Below are positions 56,186 to 64,000 of a DNA stretch of 64,000 nucleotides, piece after piece. The position numbers and the translations under genes were made by a program. Every line of letters starts with the position of its first letter. Positions within the stretch are counted from its first letter, which is position 1. The stretch is taken from positions 89,171 through 153,170 of the forward strand of contig DOEE01000003.1 of assembly GCA_003524095.1 (NCBI GenBank). The letters run 5' to 3'. This DNA is from Clostridiales bacterium. Its GTDB lineage: Bacteria > Bacillota > Clostridia > Christensenellales > UBA1242. The notes beneath the pieces are model-generated. The model was not told where the DNA came from, ran no database searches, and was given only the letters and a program-made list of their open reading frames with translations.

Positions 56186-56917
56186 ATGAATTTAATTGGT
56201 GATTTTCATACTCACACGACTTATACGCATGGGACAAGCACTATCGAAGAAAACGTGCGACAAGCAGAGAATTTGGGGCTTAAGTATATTGCCATAACCG
56301 AACACTCATATAATTCAATTTATCACATTAAACACGGTGATTTGGATAAAATGCGTCAAGACATTGATGACATCAAAAACAAATATAAACCCAAAATTTT
56401 GCTTGGAATCGAAGCGAATTTGATTTCAAGAAATGGAGATTTGGATATTTCAGATAGCGAACTAATTGGCCTTGATTTGGTGATTTTGGGCTTTCACAAA
56501 ATGACAAAGGTTAAGTTGAAAGAATGGTTTAAGTTTGTACTTCCAAATATTATTAGAAAAAAGCCCACCAAAAAACAGATTGAAACTAATACTGAGGCTT
56601 ACTTAAATGCAATTGAAAAACACCGAATTAGTATAATTGCTCATTTAAATTATGCCGGATGTTATGTTGATTGCGAAAAAATTGCCAAGGCGTGTGCCGA
56701 AAAAGGAATATATATAGAACTTAATGGGAAACGCATTAATTTTTCAAAAGAAGATATTGAAAAAATGCTTAAAACAGATGTTAAGTTTATAATTAATAGC
56801 GATGCTCACAAAGTTGAAAATGTAGGAAAAAACCATAGAGCATTTAATCTAATTGAAAAATACAAAATTCCACTAGATAGAGTGGTTAATTTAAATCAAG
56901 TACCTAACTTTAATTAA
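56186..56917 (+). CDS. PHP-domain phosphoesterase
   Basis: DFHTHTTYTHG, ITEHS and NSDAH metal-ligand motifs. Confidence 0.75.
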   Translation: MNLIGDFHTHTTYTHGTSTIEENVRQAENLGLKYIAITEHSYNSIYHIKHGDLDKMRQDIDDIKNKYKPKILLGIEANLISRNGDLDISDSELIGLDLVILGFHKMTKVKLKEWFKFVLPNIIRKKPTKKQIETNTEAYLNAIEKHRISIIAHLNYAGCYVDCEKIAKACAEKGIYIELNGKRINFSKEDIEKMLKTDVKFIINSDAHKVENVGKNHRAFNLIEKYKIPLDRVVNLNQVPNFN

Positions 56918-56926
56918 GGAGAAATT

Positions 56927-57919
56927 ATGTCTTTTGCAACCAAAGCAAAGTTGGAAGTTTTGAAAGAAAATATCGAAAATGATTGTTGTTCGATAGCTTT
57001 TTTGAGTGCAATTATTAAGTGTTCGGGAGAACTCAGTATTTCGTCTAATCATCAAATTAAAGTTGAAATATTCACTGAAATTCCCGAACTTTTTGACAAA
57101 ATAAAACACATAATTGAACAGTACTACGGCAAAGTTTGTGAAATGTCTATGATGGAAAATACAAATATCTCAAGGTCGAGTAGATACAAAATAACTTTGC
57201 CTTATGATATAACAGACCAATTACTCAAGGATTTGGGAATTATGTCAATTGACCAAGACGGAATGCTTGCTATCGAAAATGGAATTGCAGATTTTTTGAT
57301 TATGGACGATTGTTGCAAACGCAGTTATGTCAAAGGTGCTTTTGTGGCATGTGCTACTAGCAATATTGTAATCAAAAATTATAATAACGATAGGGGTAGC
57401 GGTTATCACTTGGAGTTTGTATTCAATTTTGACAAAATTGCCGAAGACTTTTTGAAACTCCTTAGTAATTTTGACATAACTGCCAAAATAACAACTCGAA
57501 AAAATTCGCCTATTGTATATATCAAAGAATATCAATTAATATGTGATACCCTTGCACTCGTTGGAGCAAACAAAGCAGTACTTGATTTGCAAAATGAAGC
57601 GGCAATTAGAGAACTTAGAAACAATGTTAATAGACAAAATAATTGCCTTAATGCAAATTTAAACAAAACTGTTCAAGCCTCAGTTAAACAATTAAATGCG
57701 ATTAAGAATATCCAAGATAATATGGGGCTGGAGAGTTTGAGTGAAAATCTTATGGAACTAGCATTGCTAAGACTTGCAAATCCAGAAGCGACATTGGAGG
57801 AGTTAAGACAATTATCCACACAGAAACTAACAAAAAGTGGTGTCAATCATAGGTTTGCAAAAATAATTGAAATTTCAGATAATATTACCAAAAACAAATT
57901 TAAAATTACTACACTCTAA
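56927..57919 (+). CDS. whiA: DNA-binding protein WhiA
   Basis: LAGLIDADG-like N-domain pattern, YVKGAFVACA, and a C-terminal HTH (LTKSGVNHRFAKI). Confidence 0.85.
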   Translation: MSFATKAKLEVLKENIENDCCSIAFLSAIIKCSGELSISSNHQIKVEIFTEIPELFDKIKHIIEQYYGKVCEMSMMENTNISRSSRYKITLPYDITDQLLKDLGIMSIDQDGMLAIENGIADFLIMDDCCKRSYVKGAFVACATSNIVIKNYNNDRGSGYHLEFVFNFDKIAEDFLKLLSNFDITAKITTRKNSPIVYIKEYQLICDTLALVGANKAVLDLQNEAAIRELRNNVNRQNNCLNANLNKTVQASVKQLNAIKNIQDNMGLESLSENLMELALLRLANPEATLEELRQLSTQKLTKSGVNHRFAKIIEISDNITKNKFKITTL

Positions 57920-57932
57920 AAAGGATAAATTA

Positions 57933-60900
57933 ATGGGAAATTTTGTACACTTGCATGTTCATACTGAATATAGTTTGCTTGATGGTGCGGCGAGAATTGA
58001 CAAGGTTGTCAAGGTTGCCAAAGAGATGGGCATGCCGGCTCTAGCAATAACCGACCATGGCAATATGTACGGAGCGGTCGCATTTTTTGATGCATGTGTT
58101 GCACAAGGCATCAAACCTATTTTTGGTTGCGAATTTTATACTTGTGATGACTTGCATGTCAAGTCGGGAAAAATCAAACTAAATCACTTGGTGCTACTTG
58201 CCAAAAACGAAGTAGGCTATCATAATCTATGCAAATTAAACTCAATTGCTTTTGACCAAGGATTTTATTATAAACCACGTATTGACAGAAACACTCTCAA
58301 AAAATATAGCGAAGGTTTGGTTTGTTTGAGTGCATGTTTAGCGGGCGAAATTCCACAAGCAATTTTGAATAGACAATATGATGAAGCCGAAAATATAGTT
58401 AAGTGGTTCAAAGATGTTTTTAAAGATGACTTTTATTTGGAACTCCAAAATCACAAACTCGAAGAACAAATCGAAGTAAATTCTAGACTTAGAGAATATG
58501 CCAAAAAGTACAACATAAAAACTGTTGCTACAAATGACGTGCATTATATTTATAGAGAGGACTCAGTAACGCAAGATGTTCTTATGTGCGTACAAATGAG
58601 TAAGACTATTGATGACCCAGATAGAATGAAGTTTCCAAATGATGAGTTTTATCTAAAAAGTCCCGAAGAAATGGCGGAAGCATTTCCAAATGATGCTGAT
58701 GCTTTGGAAACTACTTTGGAGATTGCGGACAAGTGTAACTTTGAGTTGGTTTATGGCCATTACATGTATCCAAAATATGTGCCGGTCACTGGTCAAGACC
58801 CAAAAGATTACTTTAGAGATTTGATAGAAGCGGGACTTAAGAAAAAATACAAACAAGAAACACCCGAAATTAGAGAAAGAATTGAATATGAGTTGGGGGT
58901 TATTTCCAAACTCGGATATGTTGAATATTATTTGATTGTTTGGGATTATATTAATGCTGCTAGAGAGAGGGGAATTTCAGTAGGTCCTGGTCGTGGAAGT
59001 GGCGTTGGAAGTATTATTGCTTATCTTATTGGAATAACCGACGTAGACCCTATTAAATATGGACTATTCTTTGAAAGATTTTTGAACCCAGAAAGAGTAT
59101 CTGCGCCCGACTTTGATATTGACTTTGAAGATAGTAGAAGAGCCGAAGTCTTTGAGTATGTTAAGGACAAATATGGCGTAGATAGAGTAGTTAAGATTAT
59201 AACCTTTGGAACGATGGCGGCAAAAAACGCAATTAAAGACGTAGGAAGAGTTTTGAAAGTTCCATATAGCGAACTCGACCAAGTAACCAAAGCCATTCCG
59301 AATACGATTAAACGTCCTAATATAATCGCCAAAGTTTTTGGTATAAACAAAAAACCAGATGCGCCTGATGAAAGTGTGCCAGAACTTGTTGAAATGTATA
59401 ATTCTAATGACGACATCAAAAAAGTTGTGGATATTGCATACAAACTTGAAGATAGCCCAAGACAGACAGGAATACACGCTTGTGGGGTTATTATTGGTGG
59501 GGATATTTTGGATAAACATATTCCACTTGCCAAAAACGGCGACATTTTGACCAGTCAATATGTAGGCGGTGAACTTGAACACTTGGGGCTTCTCAAAATG
59601 GACTTTTTGGGACTTAGAAACTTGTCAGATATTAAGATGGCAATTGAATTAATTAAACAAAATTATGGCGTAAGCATAAATTTTGATGAAATGGAGTATG
59701 ATGACCCCGAAGTTTACAAGATGATTTCAACCGGAAATACCATGGCAGTATTTCAACTTGAATCGGGCGGTTTCCAAAAGTTTATGAGAGAACTTCAGCC
59801 GACCTGTCTTGAAGATATTATAGCGGGAGTGTCGCTATATAGACCGGGTCCAATGGATAGTATTCCTACTTTTGTAAAAAATAAACATAATCCTGCAGGA
59901 ATACAATATGTAAGCCCACTTCTTAAGCCAATTTTGGAAGTAACTTATGGCTGTATTGTTTATCAAGAACAGGTTATGAAAATTGTTCAAGTCTTGGCAG
60001 GCTATACACTCGGAAGAGCGGATAGTGTGCGTAAGATGATGGGTAAGAAAAAACTAAAAGACCTAAAACTTGAAAGAGAAGTTTTCCTTCATGGCTGTGA
60101 ACCTCAAAATGGCAAAGCGGGAGTTGAAGGAGCGGTTAAACGTGGACTTGACGAAGGAGTTGCCAATAAACTTTGGGACGAAATGGAGAAGTTTGGTTCG
60201 TACGCCTTCAACAAATCCCATGCGGCAGCATATGCCCATGTTACTTATCAAACAGCGTATCTTAAATGCCATTACGAAGCAGAATTTTTGACAGCGGTGC
60301 TTAATAACCGTATTACAAACTCGGATGAAATCAAAAATTATATTAGTTTTGCTAGAGAAGAAAATATCCAAGTATTGCCACCAGATATTAATCTTTCGGA
60401 TACTTACTTTACAGTCAAGGATAACAAAATTAGATTTGGTCTTGCCGCACTTAAAAATGTTGGTGTCAATGTAGTTGACCAAATTATTAATGAGAGAAAG
60501 TTGAATGGTAATTACAAAGATTTGAATGACTTTATTAATAGATTAGATACCGCACTACTTAACAAACGTTGTGTTGAAAGTATGATTTTGTCGGGTGCTT
60601 TTGATTGCTTTGGAGTTAAACGTAGTCAAATGATGCGTGTTTATCCTCAAATTATCGAAAAAGTTGTGTCTGATAGAAAGAGACAAGCAACAGGACAATT
60701 TAGTATGTTTGGCGATGTTCTCAAAGATGATGCAATAAATATTATTGCCATGCCAAATATTCCCGAATATGATGACCAAACAAAACTAAAACTCGAAAAA
60801 GAAGTTGTGGGAATTTATATCTCGGGACATCCTCTTGCAAACTACGTAGATATATTTAAATCATTTAACTTTAATGGCGGAATGTTGCAAGTCAATGACG

Positions 60901-61484
60901 AATCGGCTGATGATGACGATGAACAAGATGACGAAAATAAATATGACGGATTAACTGACGGCATGGATGTTTTGTGCGGTGGTCTGATTTCCGAAATGAA
61001 AAAAGTTTATAGCAAAAAAGACGGGTCTGAAATGGCTATACTCAAAATCGAAGATATGTATGGTTCGTTTGATGCAATGCTGTTTGGAAGAACTTATACA
61101 AATCACAAATCACTTATTGAAATAGACAAAATTGTCAAAATCAAAGGAAAACTCACAATTAATGATAGGGGTGTTTGTGTAAGAGTAGACAATCTAAGTG
61201 AAATTCAAAATCCAGTCGATGCAAAAGTCAAAGAAGAAAACTTGGATAAACAAGTTGAAGACAAACGTGAACCAACTCTCTATCTTATGTACGACTTGAC
61301 CGACAAAAAATTGGCAGATGACATATATGACCTGCTAAAAAACTATCCGGGAGATAGTCCAGTCATTGTTAAATGTAGCAAACAACACCAAGCCTTTAAA
61401 CTTAAGACTACTGTTAATCCAAAGGGTTTTCTTATAAACGAACTTCATGCTTATATCGATGATGATTATATAAAAGTTATTTAA
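57933..61484 (+). CDS. dnaE: DNA polymerase III alpha subunit
   Basis: PHP start FVHLHVHTEYSLLDGA, then PDFDIDF and GLLKMDFLGLRNL. ATG 57933 is preferred over the ORF-track start at 57867, which overlaps whiA. Confidence 0.92.
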   Translation: MGNFVHLHVHTEYSLLDGAARIDKVVKVAKEMGMPALAITDHGNMYGAVAFFDACVAQGIKPIFGCEFYTCDDLHVKSGKIKLNHLVLLAKNEVGYHNLCKLNSIAFDQGFYYKPRIDRNTLKKYSEGLVCLSACLAGEIPQAILNRQYDEAENIVKWFKDVFKDDFYLELQNHKLEEQIEVNSRLREYAKKYNIKTVATNDVHYIYREDSVTQDVLMCVQMSKTIDDPDRMKFPNDEFYLKSPEEMAEAFPNDADALETTLEIADKCNFELVYGHYMYPKYVPVTGQDPKDYFRDLIEAGLKKKYKQETPEIRERIEYELGVISKLGYVEYYLIVWDYINAARERGISVGPGRGSGVGSIIAYLIGITDVDPIKYGLFFERFLNPERVSAPDFDIDFEDSRRAEVFEYVKDKYGVDRVVKIITFGTMAAKNAIKDVGRVLKVPYSELDQVTKAIPNTIKRPNIIAKVFGINKKPDAPDESVPELVEMYNSNDDIKKVVDIAYKLEDSPRQTGIHACGVIIGGDILDKHIPLAKNGDILTSQYVGGELEHLGLLKMDFLGLRNLSDIKMAIELIKQNYGVSINFDEMEYDDPEVYKMISTGNTMAVFQLESGGFQKFMRELQPTCLEDIIAGVSLYRPGPMDSIPTFVKNKHNPAGIQYVSPLLKPILEVTYGCIVYQEQVMKIVQVLAGYTLGRADSVRKMMGKKKLKDLKLEREVFLHGCEPQNGKAGVEGAVKRGLDEGVANKLWDEMEKFGSYAFNKSHAAAYAHVTYQTAYLKCHYEAEFLTAVLNNRITNSDEIKNYISFAREENIQVLPPDINLSDTYFTVKDNKIRFGLAALKNVGVNVVDQIINERKLNGNYKDLNDFINRLDTALLNKRCVESMILSGAFDCFGVKRSQMMRVYPQIIEKVVSDRKRQATGQFSMFGDVLKDDAINIIAMPNIPEYDDQTKLKLEKEVVGIYISGHPLANYVDIFKSFNFNGGMLQVNDESADDDDEQDDENKYDGLTDGMDVLCGGLISEMKKVYSKKDGSEMAILKIEDMYGSFDAMLFGRTYTNHKSLIEIDKIVKIKGKLTINDRGVCVRVDNLSEIQNPVDAKVKEENLDKQVEDKREPTLYLMYDLTDKKLADDIYDLLKNYPGDSPVIVKCSKQHQAFKLKTTVNPKGFLINELHAYIDDDYIKVI

Positions 61485-61537
61485 TTTGGTTGTAAAAAAT
61501 ATATTTATTGTGTAAAATTAACAAAAAGGAATTGATT

Positions 61538-62512
61538 ATGAAAAGAATTGCAGTTTTGTGTAGCGGTGGAGATAGCCAAGGAATGAATGCTTGTATCAAG
61601 GCAATAGTTGATACTTGTTTTGCAAATAACTTAACAGTGCTTGGCATTAATAGGGGTTTTCAAGGACTTATTGAAAATGATGTAAGGGAACTGGGTCTAC
61701 TTGATGTCGCTAATATTGAGACCATTGCAGGAAGTATTATCAAGACTAGTCGTAGTGCTGATTTTATGACCGAAAAAGGTTTTAAACAAGCGATAGAAAA
61801 TATCAAACTTAATCAGATTGAGGGTCTTGTTGTACTTGGTGGAAACGGTTCGTTTAGGGGCTGTAGAGATTTGGTTAATGCGGGCATTAATGTTATTGGA
61901 ATTCCGGGAACTATTGACAACGACTTATATTATACCGAAAGGTCTTTGGGCTTTGATACGGCGGTTCAAAATGCAGTAAATATGGTCACACAAGTCAAAC
62001 AATCAATGTATGCAAATTCTCGTGCATCGGTATTTAAGTGCATGGGTAGAAAATGTGGAGATATAGCATTACATACAGCAGTTTCAGTCGAAGCAGATAG
62101 TTTGGCTGTTGCCGAAATAGATTATTCAATTGAACAAATAATAAGCGATGTCAAAAACGCAATAAGTCATGGAGTTACAGCACCAGTTGTTGTAATTAGC
62201 GAAGGATGTAGTCTTGAAATGAATGATATTGTCAATGCCATTGAAGAACAAACTGGATTTGTAACGAGGGGAATGGAAATAGGCTACATTCAGCGTGGTG
62301 GTCAACCTACTTATTATGATAGAATGTTGGGAGTTCGTTGGGGAGTTCTTGCTGTTCAACTTTTGATGCAGGATATGACAAATTTGGCAGTTGGGGTCAA
62401 GAACGACAAAATATTCTATACACCACTTGTTGAAGTAGAACATGTTTTGCAAGAATTTAGAGTGGATATGCTAAACGACCTAAGAACTTTGCACGCATTG
62501 CCTAAGTTATAA
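61538..62512 (+). CDS. pfkA: ATP-dependent 6-phosphofructokinase
   Basis: MKRIAVLCSGGDSQGMNA, GIPGTIDND and MGR motifs. SD AAGGAA before ATG 61538. Confidence 0.9.
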   Translation: MKRIAVLCSGGDSQGMNACIKAIVDTCFANNLTVLGINRGFQGLIENDVRELGLLDVANIETIAGSIIKTSRSADFMTEKGFKQAIENIKLNQIEGLVVLGGNGSFRGCRDLVNAGINVIGIPGTIDNDLYYTERSLGFDTAVQNAVNMVTQVKQSMYANSRASVFKCMGRKCGDIALHTAVSVEADSLAVAEIDYSIEQIISDVKNAISHGVTAPVVVISEGCSLEMNDIVNAIEEQTGFVTRGMEIGYIQRGGQPTYYDRMLGVRWGVLAVQLLMQDMTNLAVGVKNDKIFYTPLVEVEHVLQEFRVDMLNDLRTLHALPKL

Positions 62513-62580
62513 GCGATTTTGTTTGTTAAACAAATATTTGTATGTTAAAATAATTAAAATAAAACTAAAGCGAGAAAAAA

Positions 62581-63111
62581 ATGGTAGAAATTTTAAAGTA
62601 TAACGATGATGATTTGAAAGATAACGAAATTGACCAAGTTGTAACAAGAGTCAAAGCATTTATAGTTTCAAGCAAAAATAACATGCTTATCGGCAAAGAC
62701 GAAGAAGGCTATCAACTACTTGGTGGATATGTCGAAGACAACGAAGACTACAAACAAGCATTGGCTAGACATATATACTCAGAAACTGGCATAGTTTTGG
62801 ATGTTAAGGATAAAATTGAGCCTTTCTTTGAAGTTAGATATTACAATCGTGACTACAAAGGTTCTGGCATTAATAGACTTAGTGATATGATATATTTTTT
62901 GGTTAATACCGACAAACTTCCTAATTACAAAAAATTAAAATTATCCGAAAAAGAACTAGCCGAAAAAATGCCTTTGGAAGTAATTCGCCGTAGTATTTTT
63001 CACAAAACACTCAATGAGTATATTGCGAGTGAACAAAATCCGTTAATTCAAGTAAAGACCAAAGAAATCTTGCTTGCGTTTGAAAAGATGAAAGAGATTT
63101 ATAAGTTTTAA
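62581..63111 (+). CDS. NUDIX-fold protein with degenerate Nudix box
   Basis: GYVEDNEDYKQALARHIYSETGI fits GX5EX7R..U..E.GU, but the REUxEE glutamates read RHIYSE. Confidence 0.55.
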   Translation: MVEILKYNDDDLKDNEIDQVVTRVKAFIVSSKNNMLIGKDEEGYQLLGGYVEDNEDYKQALARHIYSETGIVLDVKDKIEPFFEVRYYNRDYKGSGINRLSDMIYFLVNTDKLPNYKKLKLSEKELAEKMPLEVIRRSIFHKTLNEYIASEQNPLIQVKTKEILLAFEKMKEIYKF

Positions 63112-63113
63112 AT

Positions 63114-63172
63114 AAAAAAAGAGTATCTAAGTTTTTCAAATAATTTTGAAAACATCAAATACTCTTTTTTTT
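63114..63172. terminator. bidirectional terminator hairpin
   Basis: AAAGAGTAT...ATACTCTTT outer stem with inner TTTCAAA/TTTGAAA, flanked by A7 and T8. Confidence 0.7.
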
Positions 63173-63178
63173 ATTAAA

Positions 63179-63766
63179 CTATTTTTTGTAATCTTTTGGT
63201 TTTAGAAATGTCCAAATGCAAAGTGCAACTTGAATAGGTACGCCAATCACGAATAATAACCACATATTGTATTTGAGAAGTTGTAAATACAAACAAGCAA
63301 GAACGGACCATTGAAATACTGACAGAATTACAAACTTCCAAATATATCTTCCCCAGTACTCATTAAATGGATAAAGCACCAAACAAGATACAGGAACAGC
63401 CCAAATAAATACTTGCCAAAGATTAACATTAAATATCACTTTGCCGTATACAAAAGTAATAGTTGCAATCAACCAAACTAAGGACATAAAAAGTAGTATT
63501 ATCGCAAGTTTGTTTCGCAAAGTTCTTTTGTCTTGAGCAATGCTTACACCTTCGGCATTGTCTTCGATAAGTGACGACAGAGGAACATCGAAATACTTGG
63601 CGATTTGGTCAAGAGTTTCAATTGATGGCGTAACTTCGGCTCTCTCCCAGCGAGAAATTGCATTGTCTGAATAATTTAATTTGCTTGCAAGTTCGTTTTG
63701 GGTTAGTTTATTTTTCTTTCGAAGTTTAATTAAGTTGTTTGCTATAACTTTGTTAATTTCGCTCAT
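63179..63766 (-). CDS. membrane-tethered XRE-family HTH regulator (paralog of 30848-31432)
   Basis: NLIKLRKKNKLTQNELASKLNYSDNAISRWE HTH followed by 4 TM helices. It shares blocks with the other copy (VW..ATI.F, W.LFVIG...QV.L). Confidence 0.8.
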   Translation of the reverse strand: MSEINKVIANNLIKLRKKNKLTQNELASKLNYSDNAISRWERAEVTPSIETLDQIAKYFDVPLSSLIEDNAEGVSIAQDKRTLRNKLAIILLFMSLVWLIATITFVYGKVIFNVNLWQVFIWAVPVSCLVLYPFNEYWGRYIWKFVILSVFQWSVLACLYLQLLKYNMWLLFVIGVPIQVALCIWTFLKPKDYKK

Positions 63767-63836
63767 AATATCCTTTATCTAAAAAATATTCTAACATAAG
63801 TATATAACAAATATTTTTTTTAAACAACCAAAATGC

Positions 63837-64000
63837 TACTTTTTGTGACAATCACAATCATCTTTGCATGTGCAATCTTTGTCTTCACCCGATGTGCAGT
63901 CACACTCTTTTTCTTTTTCATCTTCGTGCGTACTGCTGTCTAGAGCATTATCCTTGGCACTTTCGGTATTTGCTTTTGCCAAAACTCTGTCTTGTTCTTT
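63837..64000 (-). CDS. 3' end of a hypothetical protein with an acidic, Cys-rich tail (5' part outside the window)
   Basis: The minus-strand frame is open to the window edge. The C-terminus reads ...HEDEKEKECDCTSGEDKDCTCKDDCDCHKK, with stop TAG at 63839-63837. Confidence 0.45.

Noticed and set aside
59021-59582. Two long minus-strand ORFs (172-174 aa) inside dnaE. Similar antisense ORFs occur inside hydB (10757-11188, 11297-11596), pncB (22393-23289), the ATPase (46151-48231) and others.
   Set aside because: They are antisense to genes with unambiguous conserved motifs. Their translations are low-complexity and typical of AT-rich antisense frames.

Overview
The window is a 64-kb chromosomal segment that looks like a low-GC Bacillota-type strict anaerobe (lineage is inference from gene content and AT-rich composition judged by eye). 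It uses the standard bacterial code: an RF2 gene with the classic CUU UGA C +1 frameshift site shows UGA is a stop. I support about 60 protein genes, roughly three quarters on the + strand, so replication most likely passes left to right. Core content includes queH and tdk, a trimeric HydCBA-type [FeFe] hydrogenase plus desulfoferrodoxin, pncB and nadE, lepB, prfB, tsaD and a DegV protein. It also includes cca, tilS, a T-box-controlled glyQS, a P-type ATPase, a LexA-box-controlled Y-family polymerase, an M1 peptidase, ldh, murB, whiA, dnaE and pfkA. Accessory content includes several surface proteins (GLUG lipoprotein, Flg_new/BspA-LRR proteins, an internalin-like LRR protein) and a disrupted DUF6273/M64-peptidase gene in a patch that looks GC-richer. 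It also includes a five-gene cluster of small membrane, SHOCT and zinc-ribbon proteins, and two paralogous membrane-tethered XRE regulators. The most unusual locus is the 0.9-kb non-coding island at 19.0-19.9 kb. There, tRNA-Ser(GGA) is embedded in a family of hairpin modules, including four 53-nt-periodic units whose linkers are conserved. Their hairpin arms are entirely different in sequence yet always perfectly paired. The array ends in an exact 24-nt duplication of the tRNA 5' end. I cannot match this locus to any RNA or repeat class I know. A second notable site is a cluster of six DnaA boxes at 33.8-34.0 kb with no dnaA or dnaN nearby. No CRISPR array, rRNA, transposase, integrase or recognisable defence system was found. 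All calls come from reading the sequence and the ORF track by eye; no searches were run.
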